From Bacteroidetes bacterium UBA7674 (GTDB lineage: Bacteria > Bacteroidota > Bacteroidia > Chitinophagales > Chitinophagaceae), in assembly GCA_002483105.1 (NCBI GenBank), contig DLHG01000011.1:190497-254496 (forward strand): a stretch of 64,000 nt of DNA, given 5' to 3'. Below the pieces are notes generated by a model. That model did no database searches. It was not told where the DNA came from and worked only from the letters and a program-made list of their open reading frames with translations. Below, in pieces: positions 38,886-47,948 of the stretch (within the stretch, counting starts at the first letter, position 1; each line of letters opens with the position of its first letter). The translations under genes were made by a program, and so were the position numbers.

Positions 38886-39067
38886 CTACTGCAAATTAGT
38901 AAAAACATCTTCCGTTGTCAAAACCAACGTTAGGACTGGTCTTCCCAACAAATCGACGGTGTATCCAAGCTCGTGATTGACGGATGAAAAGTAAAGGAAG
39001 CGGGCTGCTTTTTTGTGAAGTGCTTGCCTGGAGAGGAGTTTAGTGTTTGAAAGGTGAATATAGCTTC

Positions 39068-39148
39068 CAGAAAAGTAAATACAGGTTCCAGCAACGGTTC
39101 ATTTTACTTACAGAAAAGTACATTTTTCTTCCACAAAAGTGCATTTTC
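39068..39148 (+). repeat. three direct 15-17 nt iteron-like repeats CA(G/C)AAAAGT(A/G)(A/C)AT
   Basis: cagaaaagtaaatac 39068-39082; cagaaaagtacattttt 39111-39127; cacaaaagtgcattttc 39132-39148; partial inverted copy cattttactta at 39100-39110. Confidence 0.55.
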
Positions 39149-39573
39149 TATTGGGGAATGGAAGTTTGTGGAGTTTTGGTTTCGGGTGGTGTAGTTTCGA
39201 GGCCGGGTGGGACGATCAGTTCGTAGTCGTGTGATACGCTGCGCCATCCATCCTTTATATTGTCCCAGGCATTGATCAGCCCGATGATGCGTGTGCGCGC
39301 ATCGAGTTCTTCTTTGGTGGGAAAACGCAGGGCGGGTTCGCGCTTGCTGATGTTGAGGGAGATGACGCGGAGCTCTTCGTAGAGGCGATGTATCTCGACC
39401 TGTGAGGAATGGAAGTTGGCTTTCTTGATGGCTCTCCAGTTGCCCTCGATAGCCCAGGTGGATACTGTCTTCTCGGAAACGCCTAGTTCTCTTGCGATCT
39501 GGCATTGTCTCCATGCTGTGGTGAAATAGAGTTCGCGTGCTCTTTCTTTTTCGTTTTCTTTAGTGTTTGACAT
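39148..39573 (-). CDS. small HTH DNA-binding protein (terminase-small-subunit / gpP-like HTH)
   Basis: 141 aa; RARELYFTTAWRQCQIARELGVSEKTVSTWAIEGNW helix-turn-helix. Confidence 0.5.
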   Translation of the reverse strand: MSNTKENEKERARELYFTTAWRQCQIARELGVSEKTVSTWAIEGNWRAIKKANFHSSQVEIHRLYEELRVISLNISKREPALRFPTKEELDARTRIIGLINAWDNIKDGWRSVSHDYELIVPPGLETTPPETKTPQTSIPQ

Positions 39574-39649
39574 ATGATTGGAGTTTTAAGGTTTGAACCG
39601 GGATTAGGTTGGATTTATCGGATTAGCCGGGGCTGTCTGAACTGGAATT

Positions 39650-39692
39650 ACCACCTCCCCCTTCGGGTACTCCTCCTTGAAAAAAGGAGGAG
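39650..39692 (-). repeat. inverted partner of the 43-bp repeat at 34281
   Basis: accacctcccccttcgggtactcctccttgaaaaaaggaggag; 42 of 43 match after reverse complement. Confidence 0.8.
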
Positions 39693-39930
39693 AGTTGCGG
39701 GATTTATGATTGACCCGGCTCCATAGATAGATTGTAAAGGTACGAAGGTGGTGCCGTGTGGAGAAAAAGACATATCCACATAGGATACACATGAGGTGGT
39801 GGGTAGCTTCAAAAACGGAAGTTGGTTCGCTCTTTGTCTTCATCGCAGCTTTTCAACAGCCTTTCGACGGGGCTCAGGGGGACAACGCTATTGAGTTTAG
39901 ATTGTTTCATTCTTCGCAATGACACGAGTA

Positions 39931-39970
39931 AAAACAAAAAAGCCGCCCCAACAAATCGGGACGGCTTTTT
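39931..39970 (-). terminator. rho-independent terminator after the EEP gene
   Basis: agccgcccc ... gggacggct stem with flanking A/T runs, 26 nt beyond the stop at 39996. Confidence 0.6.
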
Positions 39971-39995
39971 GCAAATGTTTTTTTTTACCCTCATT

Positions 39996-42089
39996 CTAAT
40001 TGATCACGATCTTATACACCTCATTCAGCTGAACGGCCTTCAGGTAATAAACTCCCGGAGTTAAACCCGATACATCAAAAGGCGTGGTTTCTCCTTCATT
40101 CAGGCGTAAGGTCGATTGCCTGATGCTCCTGCCACTTACATCATATAGATTAAAGTTAACAGGCTCACTACTCGTAGTATGCGAGCTGATGAATAGCATA
40201 TCGTGTGTGGGATTAGGATAAATGTGCACACTTTGCGCTGTTCTTGTCAGGGTATAGTTGATGCTCGTGCTTTTTGCGCCGCTTGTGGTGGCTTTCAGCT
40301 TCACTACTACAGGCAGGTGGTCGGAAGCATCATGCAAGGCAGATGCAATCGTAGAAGAATACATGCTATATGGTGGGGTATTCAATGCCTGGTTGTAGTG
40401 CAGACCGTCATTGCCATATGCTTTATACGTACTGCTCACTATATCCACACCACCCGGTGTTGTGATGGCAGAGGAAAATAAGAACATATCAAAGCGGTCA
40501 TCCAGTCCACCAGTAGCACCACCACCAAATGAGGCAGTACGCGGAGATTGCGTATGGTTGATCGCATAAGAGGAATTATTCCATGTACCACTCATGCTGA
40601 TGATGTCATTGAATTTTCCATTAACGTTGCTGCCATTTGAAATGAGGTTTTGATAAGCCTGCTCTGAAGAACCGTAGATATTAAAATCACCACAAACCAT
40701 AAAGTATTTACCCGCTCCCAGTGCATTGGTTACAGTACGTAAAGTGGCGGCCTCACTGGCACGTTGAGCTTCGTCAGAAGCCGTATTGCTCGCTTTCAGG
40801 TGTACAGAATATACGATCAATGTATCACCAGATGGTATATAACGGAGTTTGAATTGGTTGATATCCCTCAGAGATGTGCTGATAGCTGTATTATTGATGA
40901 ACTGGAATTTTGCACTTTTATAGAAGATGCCATTGTCTGAATCAGGGCCATCTATAAAGGTTCCTGAACTATAAGTTGATGTTGTATAGTTCAATACATT
41001 GTTAAGAAAATTGGTGACACCCGTAGAGCTGGAAAGTTCCTGTACTACCAGCAGGTCCGGTTGTACATCGTTTACGATGGTGCGGTATGAAGGTTCACGC
41101 GAGGAGCCTGTACTGCCCGGATAATTTAATAGGTTGTAGGTCATCACCGTAAATTCTGTTTCTTCAGGTTCGGTCTCCTGTGATGTTTCAAAGCTGGTAG
41201 ATGCCCAGCCGGAAAATGTACTTCCCGCACATACGCTGCGCACGTGAATATAATAAGTAGTATTAGGCGTTAGTCCGGATGCTGCATAGAAAGTTGTAGC
41301 AGTATTAGTACCCGATGAAGGTGGGGTTGCAGACGTGGTGACAGCATACTCATATGATAAAGCCCCGGTAGTTGCGCCCCAGCTCAGGTTGGCGTCTGTA
41401 GTAGTGATACCCGATGCTGTTAAGCCAGCGGGTGTATTACATGTGCCGCCGACGGTACTGATACTGATATCATCTACTGATATTTTATCTCTCGATCCGC
41501 TGGCCCCGGCTGATTCCCAGTATATCCATCTTATCTGTACTACCGCCTGGTTCTCGGCTGCAACCGGTAGTGTCTCTGTAAAGATTCCGGAAGTATGTCC
41601 GTTTGCTTTGCCTGCACTGGTATAGGTAGATGTTGTACCAACATCTGTAAAGCTCCCGGCTGTTCCTATTCTATATTGTAGTGCAATGCTGTTATCGCGC
41701 GCGGATTGATTAAATATTGTTTTGCATATCCATGATACAGAAATATTTGTCTGGCCTGTAGTGTTTATCGCTACCACCACAGCACCTGAAGCATTTACTG
41801 AAGATGCTAACATGCCAATGCCATCAGCCCCCAGGTGATACCAGCCACCTGTTATTGATCCGGGTGTGCTGCCCTGGTTAGGAAGGTCGGCACTTGCAAC
41901 TGAAACCGTGCGACTGGTTTGAATAGTGGAGAACTTATGCACCGCTACCCCTGTCGGCAATGTTGCGCTGCTCTGACTGTTCAAGGTGAATGGTAAGGAT
42001 ACTGCTGATGGATTCGTTTGGGCACGTGTTTGCGCCGGCGACATACATAACAAACCTACTGTAGTAATGAGTGAAAAGATACTTTTCAT
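39996..42089 (-). CDS. secreted endonuclease/exonuclease/phosphatase (EEP) family protein with FN3 domain and T9SS C-terminal sorting domain
   Basis: 697 aa; signal peptide; FN3-like PAGLTASGITTTDANLSWGA...YYIHVRS; EEP-like FTVMTYNLLNYPG ... LLVVQEL ... GDFN ... SDHLPV; C-terminal IYPNPTHDMLFI ... LYDVSGRS ... GVYYLKA T9SS CTD. Confidence 0.75.
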   Translation of the reverse strand: MKSIFSLITTVGLLCMSPAQTRAQTNPSAVSLPFTLNSQSSATLPTGVAVHKFSTIQTSRTVSVASADLPNQGSTPGSITGGWYHLGADGIGMLASSVNASGAVVVAINTTGQTNISVSWICKTIFNQSARDNSIALQYRIGTAGSFTDVGTTSTYTSAGKANGHTSGIFTETLPVAAENQAVVQIRWIYWESAGASGSRDKISVDDISISTVGGTCNTPAGLTASGITTTDANLSWGATTGALSYEYAVTTSATPPSSGTNTATTFYAASGLTPNTTYYIHVRSVCAGSTFSGWASTSFETSQETEPEETEFTVMTYNLLNYPGSTGSSREPSYRTIVNDVQPDLLVVQELSSSTGVTNFLNNVLNYTTSTYSSGTFIDGPDSDNGIFYKSAKFQFINNTAISTSLRDINQFKLRYIPSGDTLIVYSVHLKASNTASDEAQRASEAATLRTVTNALGAGKYFMVCGDFNIYGSSEQAYQNLISNGSNVNGKFNDIISMSGTWNNSSYAINHTQSPRTASFGGGATGGLDDRFDMFLFSSAITTPGGVDIVSSTYKAYGNDGLHYNQALNTPPYSMYSSTIASALHDASDHLPVVVKLKATTSGAKSTSINYTLTRTAQSVHIYPNPTHDMLFISSHTTSSEPVNFNLYDVSGRSIRQSTLRLNEGETTPFDVSGLTPGVYYLKAVQLNEVYKIVIN

Positions 42090-42345
42090 AGATAAACCGT
42101 TTAGTTCTCTATAAAAGTATAGTAATACTTATCTGCCGAAATTGGTTGGTGTTATGTTTACAACCCTGTTATACACTTCCCGGATAGCGAGTAACGAAAT
42201 TGTAAATCACACGTTTTTTTTTGTTGATATCGCATTTCTTATGTTAAAGTTTTTCTTATAATTAATATTAAAAACTGCAGCTTGCAGTTATTTTTTTGTT
42301 ACGATCAGCGTTCCTGTGTTTATTCAGTGCACACATACCCACGCA

Positions 42346-42380
42346 CAAAAAAGCCGTCCCCAAACATCAGGACGGCTCTT
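42346..42380 (-). terminator. rho-independent terminator
   Basis: agccgtcc ccaaacatca ggacggct; T-run on the minus strand; 21 nt after the stop at 42401. Confidence 0.65.
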
Positions 42381-42400
42381 TAAATATCTAAACATCAAAA

Positions 42401-42673
42401 CTACTCCTCCTTCACAAAACTCCCGTTCTCTTCAAAGAACGCTTCCTTACCCTTGCCATCCAGCTTAAAGCCGATCTCATATTCCACCTTACCATCTTCG
42501 GTTTCCTTTTCCCATTTCACATCAGTAGCCGTAGGATACTTTGTAGCAAAAGCCTCTTTCACTGCAGCAGGCACCTGTGCCTCGTCCAGGAATTCTTCTT
42601 GTTTCTCTCCGCTTGAGCAAGCCGTCATAAATGTAGCTGAGAACAAGCTCAGGCAAATGATCATCTTCTTCAT
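42401..42673 (-). CDS. PepSY-like (DUF2874) small lipoprotein
   Basis: 90 aa; lipobox MTAC; VPAAVKEAFATKYPTATDVKWEKE...YEI pattern. Confidence 0.55.
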   Translation of the reverse strand: MKKMIICLSLFSATFMTACSSGEKQEEFLDEAQVPAAVKEAFATKYPTATDVKWEKETEDGKVEYEIGFKLDGKGKEAFFEENGSFVKEE

Positions 42674-42911
42674 CTATCAAAGTTTTAAAAGTAAAAATTT
42701 AGTGTCGTAGTATCCGTTCCGGAATACTGCCCGAATGTACTATTTCCTGCTAAAACGCATTTTCATATTCGGGAACTTGTGCCTAAGCTCATTTGTCACC
42801 TTTTTTTATAAGGGAAGCTTGTGCACAGTATGATAATTTGTTTATTGTCAACTTACCCGATAGTCTTACTCCAAAGATCACGCATTTAAAATACGGTAAG
42901 GAAACACCTTA

Positions 42912-42940
42912 AAAATAAAAATGGCGAGTTATTAGCTCGC
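42912..42940 (-). terminator. rho-independent terminator after the DinB gene
   Basis: ggcgag ttattag ctcgcc, T-run on the minus strand. Confidence 0.55.
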
Positions 42941-42955
42941 CACAAAAATATTTGA

Positions 42956-43450
42956 CTAATCATATTTCATTGCCGGGTAATCCAGCAATCTGCGCCACAG
43001 GGCAAGTTGGCCTATCATGCTTGCTTCACGGTATATGGTAAAGGAGACCGTGTCGTGCCAGGTCATTTTCATAAAACCCATGTCCAGTTCACTATCCAGT
43101 TTTTTATCGTCTAATGCTATCAGTGCTTCGCGTGCAAAGGGTGTTACTTTGTTCCAGTCCCGGAGGTACGTATCAATAGTAGGGTAGTTGGCGTTCTCAT
43201 TTATTCCCTTGTTATTCTCAAACAGTTCAGCATTGGTTTGCTTCATTTCGGGATGCGTTTCAGAGACCATCATATATCGCTGTGCTACCAGTGCGCCGGT
43301 AAGCCATGCCATATGATTAGCTTTTGTATCGAGACGCCTGTACATATCTTGCTCTGAAATGCCATCAAGTGCACGGCTAAGAAAACCTGTATGCAAGTCG
43401 AACAAGGCGAGTAATCCTTCTGTTCTTGTGCTGGCTGTTTTAGTGGTCAT
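42956..43450 (-). CDS. DinB family protein
   Basis: 164 aa four-helix-bundle-type sequence with conserved His positions (HMAWLTG ...). Confidence 0.65.
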   Translation of the reverse strand: MTTKTASTRTEGLLALFDLHTGFLSRALDGISEQDMYRRLDTKANHMAWLTGALVAQRYMMVSETHPEMKQTNAELFENNKGINENANYPTIDTYLRDWNKVTPFAREALIALDDKKLDSELDMGFMKMTWHDTVSFTIYREASMIGQLALWRRLLDYPAMKYD

Positions 43451-43544
43451 ATCTTGAGTGATTTATTTATTCCAAAGCTAGGATATCCATTACTTTGATA
43501 GAGGGCTCCAAACTGACAAACTAAGGGGGTAATTGCGACAACGT

Positions 43545-44348
43545 TTACTGGTTGTAATACTCCATTGCTTTAGGCAGATGGCTTTGTATATCCTCAATAC
43601 GTTGTTGGTCGCTTGGGTGTGTGCTCAGTAATACAAAGGTACCACCGCCGCCTTGCGCCGACATCTTTTCCCAGAATGTCACCGCCGCATTTGGATTATA
43701 ATTAGCAACTGCCATATAGTACAAACCAGCTTCATCAGACTCTGATTCGTGCTTGCGTGAGTATGACAGCGTTCCTAATGTAGAACCTACACCGTACACA
43801 GTATTAAACAACTGTTGTGTTTCAGCAGGCTTTGATGAGAGCAGGGTAGAAAGGGCAGTGCCACCATATTGCACCAGCAATTCCTGGCTCATGCGTTCGT
43901 TACCATGTCTTAGTACGGCATGAGCTATTTCATGACCTATTACTACTGCCAGTTCATCATCTGATTCGGTAAGTGCCAGTAACCCGCTATACACCACTAT
44001 TTTGCCACCGGGCATACACCAGGCATTTACTTCAGGGCTATTGACGAGATTGAATTCCCATTGGAACCCGTTTATCTTATCACTCTGTCCCACATCTGCG
44101 AGATACTGCTGTACTCCGGCTATTACATTGGCGGATACGGTCTGCACTCTTAGCGCCTCCGGTGTACCGGTAACCGGTGGGTTTTGCGATAAAAAATTGC
44201 CATATTCCTGTAAAGCCATGCTGGACAGGGTAGCGTCATCCACAAGATTCAACGCGCTACGTCCACTTGCATTTTTCTTGCAAGCGTAAAAAGTTGTCGC
44301 CATGGCCAAAAGACCAAGTACAGCGGCAAAAACATATACCTTTTTCAT
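43545..44348 (-). CDS. M48 family metallopeptidase (lipoprotein)
   Basis: 267 aa; lipobox FYAC; HEIAHAVLRH zinc motif; later ESESDEAG. Confidence 0.8.
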   Translation of the reverse strand: MKKVYVFAAVLGLLAMATTFYACKKNASGRSALNLVDDATLSSMALQEYGNFLSQNPPVTGTPEALRVQTVSANVIAGVQQYLADVGQSDKINGFQWEFNLVNSPEVNAWCMPGGKIVVYSGLLALTESDDELAVVIGHEIAHAVLRHGNERMSQELLVQYGGTALSTLLSSKPAETQQLFNTVYGVGSTLGTLSYSRKHESESDEAGLYYMAVANYNPNAAVTFWEKMSAQGGGGTFVLLSTHPSDQQRIEDIQSHLPKAMEYYNQ

Positions 44349-44514
44349 AAATTGTTATTATATAAGAGGCAAGATAACAATTTCGTACCACGAGGGTTGA
44401 AAAGGCATAAGCAGGCCTCCTGCACCAGGCAGAATGCATGCCTGCGCCAACGATAGCCTCCTATCAAAATATACTGACATATTTGTAACTTGTGAAGCCC
44501 ATACCTACAAAAAG

Positions 44515-44751
44515 ATGAAGAAACAATATACCCTCACTGCCATCGTACTGGCTTTTGTTCTTCCGGCTTGTAATTCCAGTTGGGAATGTACCTGTGTTAC
44601 GAACGAGAAGACATCAGGGATGGAGGAGCAGTCTACCAAGGTGAGTACAATACCAGGACCAAAGCAGCATGCCAGGAATGTCTGCGATACCGGAACTACT
44701 TCTTATAGCAGTACCGCATATAGTTATAGTACTGTTTGTACCTTGAAGTAG
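44515..44751 (+). CDS. small Cys-containing lipoprotein
   Basis: ORF trimmed to Met28 (ATG 44515); MKKQYTLTAIVLAFVLPAC lipobox then WECTCV ... NVCD ... TVCTLK; same Cys pattern as 47949-48179. Confidence 0.4.
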   Translation: MKKQYTLTAIVLAFVLPACNSSWECTCVTNEKTSGMEEQSTKVSTIPGPKQHARNVCDTGTTSYSSTAYSYSTVCTLK

Positions 44752-44834
44752 TAAATTTTCAAACGAGACGAAATAGGATTTGTTGTCACAAGCAAGCTTG
44801 CTGCATGCTTGCGCCAACAAATAAAATGAGCTAT

Positions 44835-45044
44835 TTATGGATTGTCATCGCCGTCGCCATTGCTGTTATTCGGATTGTCGTCGGCGCCATTGTGATTTCC
44901 ATTGTCGTCACCATTGCCATTACTGTTGTGTGGATTGTCGTCAATACTGTTTGATGAGTGTGAGCCGGACGGGTAGAGGCTTGATTTGGTGCACGATGCG
45001 GCTGATAACGCTATCAGCATAACAAATACGAGTGTCTTTTTCAT
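44835..45044 (-). CDS. small lipoprotein with DDNPxNSNGxGDDN low-complexity repeats
   Basis: 69 aa; lipobox SAASC; Asp/Asn/Gly-rich repeats. Confidence 0.35.
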   Translation of the reverse strand: MKKTLVFVMLIALSAASCTKSSLYPSGSHSSNSIDDNPHNSNGNGDDNGNHNGADDNPNNSNGDGDDNP

Positions 45045-45237
45045 AATTACTGCTTTTTCAGTTGTGTGTATGTTACTGAAAGTAAATGTAGGAAGCAGTT
45101 TTATTAATTATGTTTCGAAGAGTACAGGCAGGAATTATTGAACGATGGAACGAGAAAATGTAGGTATGAAGCATTAGAAGCTATTACTTATTTCATGTAT
45201 TCCGTGAAATTACGTGTGTTTAGCGTATGAGCTTTTG

Positions 45238-45825
45238 CTAAAACAAAACCAGTTGCTCTGCCATTCCTTTTAGCGGGAACTCGTGTATCACTTCCCAGTT
45301 GTAGCCGTTGTGTTTCCATAGATAGAACGCGTTGCAATCGAAACCGTCTTTAAAGCGGCGTTTAGAATAATCTTCTTTTATCCATGGGAAGGCGTCGGGG
45401 GGTATGTCGCGGTAGCCGATGGTGATGTGTGGTTTATAACTACGCCTCGGTATATCGAAATCATAATGACGCCTCATCCTGTTCAGAAAGCCATCACGCA
45501 GTACATTCAGCTTTTGGTTCTTTAACACGTTAATATATACTAAGGGATTTATGGGATTCTCAAAGAAACCAAAGTCCTGCAGCTCAATAGGGAAACTGTT
45601 TTGCTGTGCTGCCCAATCTTGTAAAGAATACATTTTATCTTCAAACAACGGAGCAATATCATTGTCTATAAAGAACGGATCCAGCAGCGTGATATGCACC
45701 GGTGGCTTTAGTGCTTTTGTAAAGCTATAGTTCTCGGCAAATCCCAGTCTGTGATCGTGAATCTCCAATGCTTTTGTTTCGGGCGGCATGAAAGCGAACA
45801 TGTACAAAGTGCGTGACTGTCTCAT
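45238..45825 (-). CDS. 2H phosphoesterase / 2-prime-5-prime RNA ligase (LigT) family protein
   Basis: 195 aa; two H-x-T-x motifs (PVHITLL, PHITIGY). Confidence 0.65.
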   Translation of the reverse strand: MRQSRTLYMFAFMPPETKALEIHDHRLGFAENYSFTKALKPPVHITLLDPFFIDNDIAPLFEDKMYSLQDWAAQQNSFPIELQDFGFFENPINPLVYINVLKNQKLNVLRDGFLNRMRRHYDFDIPRRSYKPHITIGYRDIPPDAFPWIKEDYSKRRFKDGFDCNAFYLWKHNGYNWEVIHEFPLKGMAEQLVLF

Positions 45826-46107
45826 AATGTGAAAGTAGGGAGGGGAAGGATAGATTGGGTGGAAATGTGGATATGTTGTGGAGCTGTTATTCGTTCATCG
45901 TTTGCCAATGACACCCGGTGCTTCATTCTATTTTTAAATCGCCCTTATCATTTATCTTTCTATTAACATAAATAGTACTATCTTAGAAGAGTTACCATTG
46001 TAACATATCAAGTAATATTTCAATTCTGTGGCGGCGAGTGATCCTGTGTGCGTTTAGAGTTTAAGCTTTTTCTTGATGCAGTAAATTCATTTTAAAGCAA
46101 AACTATT

Positions 46108-46794
46108 ATGCTTATTTTATCCATCAGTATGTACTATTGGGTGCGCTATAACCGCCTTCCCATTAAGGAAATACGTTCGCTTGTTGCCAATTCATTCAAG
46201 ACAGTATTATTGTTGCTGCCCTTGCTTTTGTTCAACTCCTTTGCATCTGCCGGAGGAAAATGGGAATTGAAAAAAGACAGCGACGGAATAAAGATATTCA
46301 CCTCCGGCATTGCCAACTCTGACGTAAAAGCGCTGAGAGCGGAGCTGACAACGAAGGGCACGCCCGCGCAACTGGCCGCCATCCTTATGAATGTAGGCAA
46401 ACAAAAGGACTGGGTATATAGTACGGAGTCATCGTCGGTAGTGAAATATATCAGCAATACAGAGCTGATATACTATAGTGAGAAAGACATGCCATGGCCG
46501 GTAACCAATCGCGATGCAGTGATGCGGATAAAAATAGATGAGCACCCGACCACCCATGTAATGACAGTAAAGGTGACTACGGTAAATAACATGGTAGCTG
46601 CGAAAAAAGATATAATAAGGGTTCCTTCCTCTACTGTGACCTGGGTAGTGACCCCCACGAGCAGCAACAGCATGAAAATAGTGTATGAAGCGCAATTGGA
46701 CCCGGGCGGATCTGTACCAGCATGGGTGGTGAATATGTTTACTACCAAAGGCCCGTTTGAGACTTTTAAGAAGCTAAAAGGGATGCTAGGGTAA
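46108..46794 (+). CDS. START/SRPBCC lipid-binding domain protein
   Basis: 228 aa; signal/TM then WELKKDSDGIKIF ... WPVTNRD ... START-like pattern. Confidence 0.55.
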   Translation: MLILSISMYYWVRYNRLPIKEIRSLVANSFKTVLLLLPLLLFNSFASAGGKWELKKDSDGIKIFTSGIANSDVKALRAELTTKGTPAQLAAILMNVGKQKDWVYSTESSSVVKYISNTELIYYSEKDMPWPVTNRDAVMRIKIDEHPTTHVMTVKVTTVNNMVAAKKDIIRVPSSTVTWVVTPTSSNSMKIVYEAQLDPGGSVPAWVVNMFTTKGPFETFKKLKGMLG

Positions 46795-46815
46795 CACGCG
46801 AGTGTACACATTCCC

Positions 46816-46856
46816 AAAACTCAACGCACCGCTATTGCGGTGCGTTGAGTTTTCTT
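46816..46856. terminator. bidirectional terminator hairpin; same sequence module as repeat Y
   Basis: aaaactcaacgcaccgc tatt gcggtgcgttgagtttt, a perfect 17-bp stem between convergent genes. Confidence 0.7.
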
Positions 46857-47553
46857 AGAAACGGAAATTGAAGAAGAACCTGTTGGAGAAGGTACCTAGG
46901 TTGAAGTCGAAAGTACTGTTGGTATTGCCGTATGCTGTTGTAGATTTATAAGCGGCTTCGAGGGGAGCTATTTCTGCTCCGAAGGCTACACGGTTGAACT
47001 GGAGTTTAGCGCCGATGGTGGGTACGAATCCAACATCGGTCATGTTCACATTGCTAGAGGTAAGCGGACGCATGTCGGCTGTCATGTACTGGCGGCTACC
47101 GGCATCCCTGTATTGGCTTGCTTCAGTTTCTTCGATCTCGCCACGTCCGGTTCCGCCACGTAGTTCGAGGGCGGCAAAGAGATATACCTTTTTATAAAAA
47201 TGCCGTTGCATTTCCACCCCTGCGCCGAGGAAGGCCATGTTCACAGTACTGTTGCTGAATACGGTGAATACAGTATCATTGACAGAAGGCCTCGTAGAAG
47301 GGCGTGTATCGAACGTCGAATACCTGGCATAAGACACGAGGGTACGGTATGCGGTATTGGGTTTTACCCAACGCTTGTATTGAAGACCCGTCATCATGAG
47401 TGTATTGGTAGCATCGGTGTTGATGACAGAATTGGAGAAGATACCAATCTCGTTGTTGCGCTCCGGTTGGGCGGGTATGGTTGCTTCGGTTGTTTGTGCC
47501 GTGGCGGGAATAGTGAGTATTATCCCCAGTGCTATTAATAAGGTCTTTGACAT
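46855..47553 (-). CDS. outer-membrane beta-barrel protein
   Basis: ORF trimmed to Met27 (ATG 47551-47553; MSKTLLIALGIILTIPATAQT); alternating beta pattern, C-terminal ...FFNFRF. Confidence 0.55.
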   Translation of the reverse strand: MSKTLLIALGIILTIPATAQTTEATIPAQPERNNEIGIFSNSVINTDATNTLMMTGLQYKRWVKPNTAYRTLVSYARYSTFDTRPSTRPSVNDTVFTVFSNSTVNMAFLGAGVEMQRHFYKKVYLFAALELRGGTGRGEIEETEASQYRDAGSRQYMTADMRPLTSSNVNMTDVGFVPTIGAKLQFNRVAFGAEIAPLEAAYKSTTAYGNTNSTFDFNLGTFSNRFFFNFRF

Positions 47554-47714
47554 GATGAAGGTTTTTTGGATTAACGTTAAAGATAAGAGTTTATTGTATA
47601 TGGGAAAGGGGGATATTGAGGAGCGAGACACCCACCCCGCCTAAGCTGCGCAAAGGCACCCCTCCCTGAAAAAGGGCGGGGAGTCGGGGTAATGAGGTTG
47701 TGTGCCGGGGGAGA

Positions 47715-47933
47715 CTAGCTTGCCAGGAAGATACCGACATGCACTAACGCCCATAGGAGGACTATACAAACTACAAAAACAACGGGAACCCAAACTGCTG
47801 AGATACCGGCCCAACCATAGCTGCGTGCGTAACGCTCTATCAACTTACGTTTGTGGTACTTGCCATAACGTAAACGCATATACAAATACCCGATGGGAGC
47901 ATGGATCGCTTTTATTAGCAGCCGGGATATCAT
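47715..47933 (-). CDS. small hypothetical membrane protein
   Basis: 72-aa ORF with one clear TM helix; no other support. Confidence 0.3.
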   Translation of the reverse strand: MISRLLIKAIHAPIGYLYMRLRYGKYHKRKLIERYARSYGWAGISAVWVPVVFVVCIVLLWALVHVGIFLAS

Positions 47934-47948
47934 AATGTAAGTTAGTGA

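Noticed and set aside
37950-38986. 13-nt direct repeats tgattgacg(a/g)atg flanking the 303-aa secreted-protein gene (37950-37962 and 38974-38986)
   Set aside because: 12-of-13 matches are expected by chance many times in 64 kb, and there is no other hallmark of a target-site duplication or mobile element.
39104-39514. 136-aa alternative-frame ORF overlapping the HTH gene
   Set aside because: It is Arg/Pro/Thr-rich and low in complexity. The overlapping 141-aa frame contains a clear helix-turn-helix.
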